Of a stretch of 64,000 nucleotides of DNA, positions 63,420-64,000 are shown piece by piece; the stretch's first letter is position 1, and each line of letters begins with the position of its first letter. The stretch is from NCBI GenBank assembly GCA_022605425.2, contig CM061248.1, forward strand, positions 248,001-312,000, read 5' to 3'. Both the position numbers and the translations under genes were made by a program. The DNA comes from Hamiltosporidium tvaerminnensis FI-OER-3-3 (lineage: Eukaryota > Fungi > Microsporidia). Under the pieces are notes generated by a model. That model made no database searches and was not told where the DNA came from. It was given only the letters and a program-made list of their open reading frames with translations.

Positions 63420-63784
63420 TCAAGAATGTTTTTCCGTTTTTTAGGCATAACTTCTTTAGTCACAACTTCCTATCTATTATTTTTAAAAAAAGTAGAAAAG
63501 GATAGATTGAAGGTAAAAACCAAATAAAAGCTATAAATAAAAATTATAAATACTAACACTCTTTTAATCGATAAGCACTTTAATAACACCTCTTTAAACT
63601 AGTAACACTTATTTTAATAGCATTCTTTAAATACTTCAATTCTGATTTAATCCTTTGCATACATCGCTATATATTAATATTATTTGGAATCACCTCCTTT
63701 TATTAGCGTCTTTAAAAGAAATCTAGTAATAAGCACTTTTCTCAATTTACCTAATTATAGAAACTATACCCCTTTATTTAAAAA

Positions 63785-63985
63785 AAATATTTCCTTTTTT
63801 GAAAATATATTTTTTTTTGAACATATATTCCGTTTTTGAAAATATATTTTTTTTTGAACATATCATCCTTTTTTGAAAATATATTTTTTTTTGAACATAT
63901 ATTCCGTTTTTGAAAATATATTTTTTTTTGAACATATATTCCCTTTTTGAAAATATATTTTTTTTTGAAAATATCATCCCTTTTT
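63785..63985. repeat. ~30-bp minisatellite, about six units
   Basis: tttttgaaaatatattttttttgaacatatattcc units; only one to two units at the paralogous site 54400-54450. Confidence 0.9.
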
Positions 63986-64000
63986 TTTGTAAAAAAATTT

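Larger units (their letters stand above)
47070..64000 (+). repeat. Tandem segmental duplication, unit ~7.6 kb (47070-54680; second unit 54680 to beyond 64000, lengthened by a mariner)
   Basis: Near-identical sequence 47070-54470 vs 54680-64000 apart from the 56285-58040 insertion and a minisatellite expansion. Confidence 0.95.

Overview
Very AT-rich eukaryotic DNA with no obvious introns in the conserved genes, most consistent with a large-genome microsporidian (Hamiltosporidium-like; inference from gene content, CCC/GGG motifs before start codons and repeat-filled proteins). The window alternates gene islands rich in minisatellites (1-4 kb: partial repeat-rich CDS plus two signal-peptide glutaredoxins; 36.6-46 kb: class II-like eIF4E, MYST/Esa1 HAT, an orphan, LSM4) with transposon graveyards. 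These hold one intact RT+RLE non-LTR retrotransposon and at least four relics of its family, an RTE fragment, lineage-specific secreted-type genes and pseudogenes, and a ~7.6 kb tandem duplication of [M48 peptidase + decayed Helitron + short RTE-like element] whose second copy carries a TA-flanked DD39D mariner. The most striking unexplained element is a pair of ~710-720 nt, relatively GC-rich, non-coding sequences in inverted orientation (41293-42013 minus, 45279-45989 plus). They show long-range helices, a cUUCGg tetraloop and pairing-preserving G-U substitutions, and are a candidate large structured ncRNA that I cannot assign to a known family.
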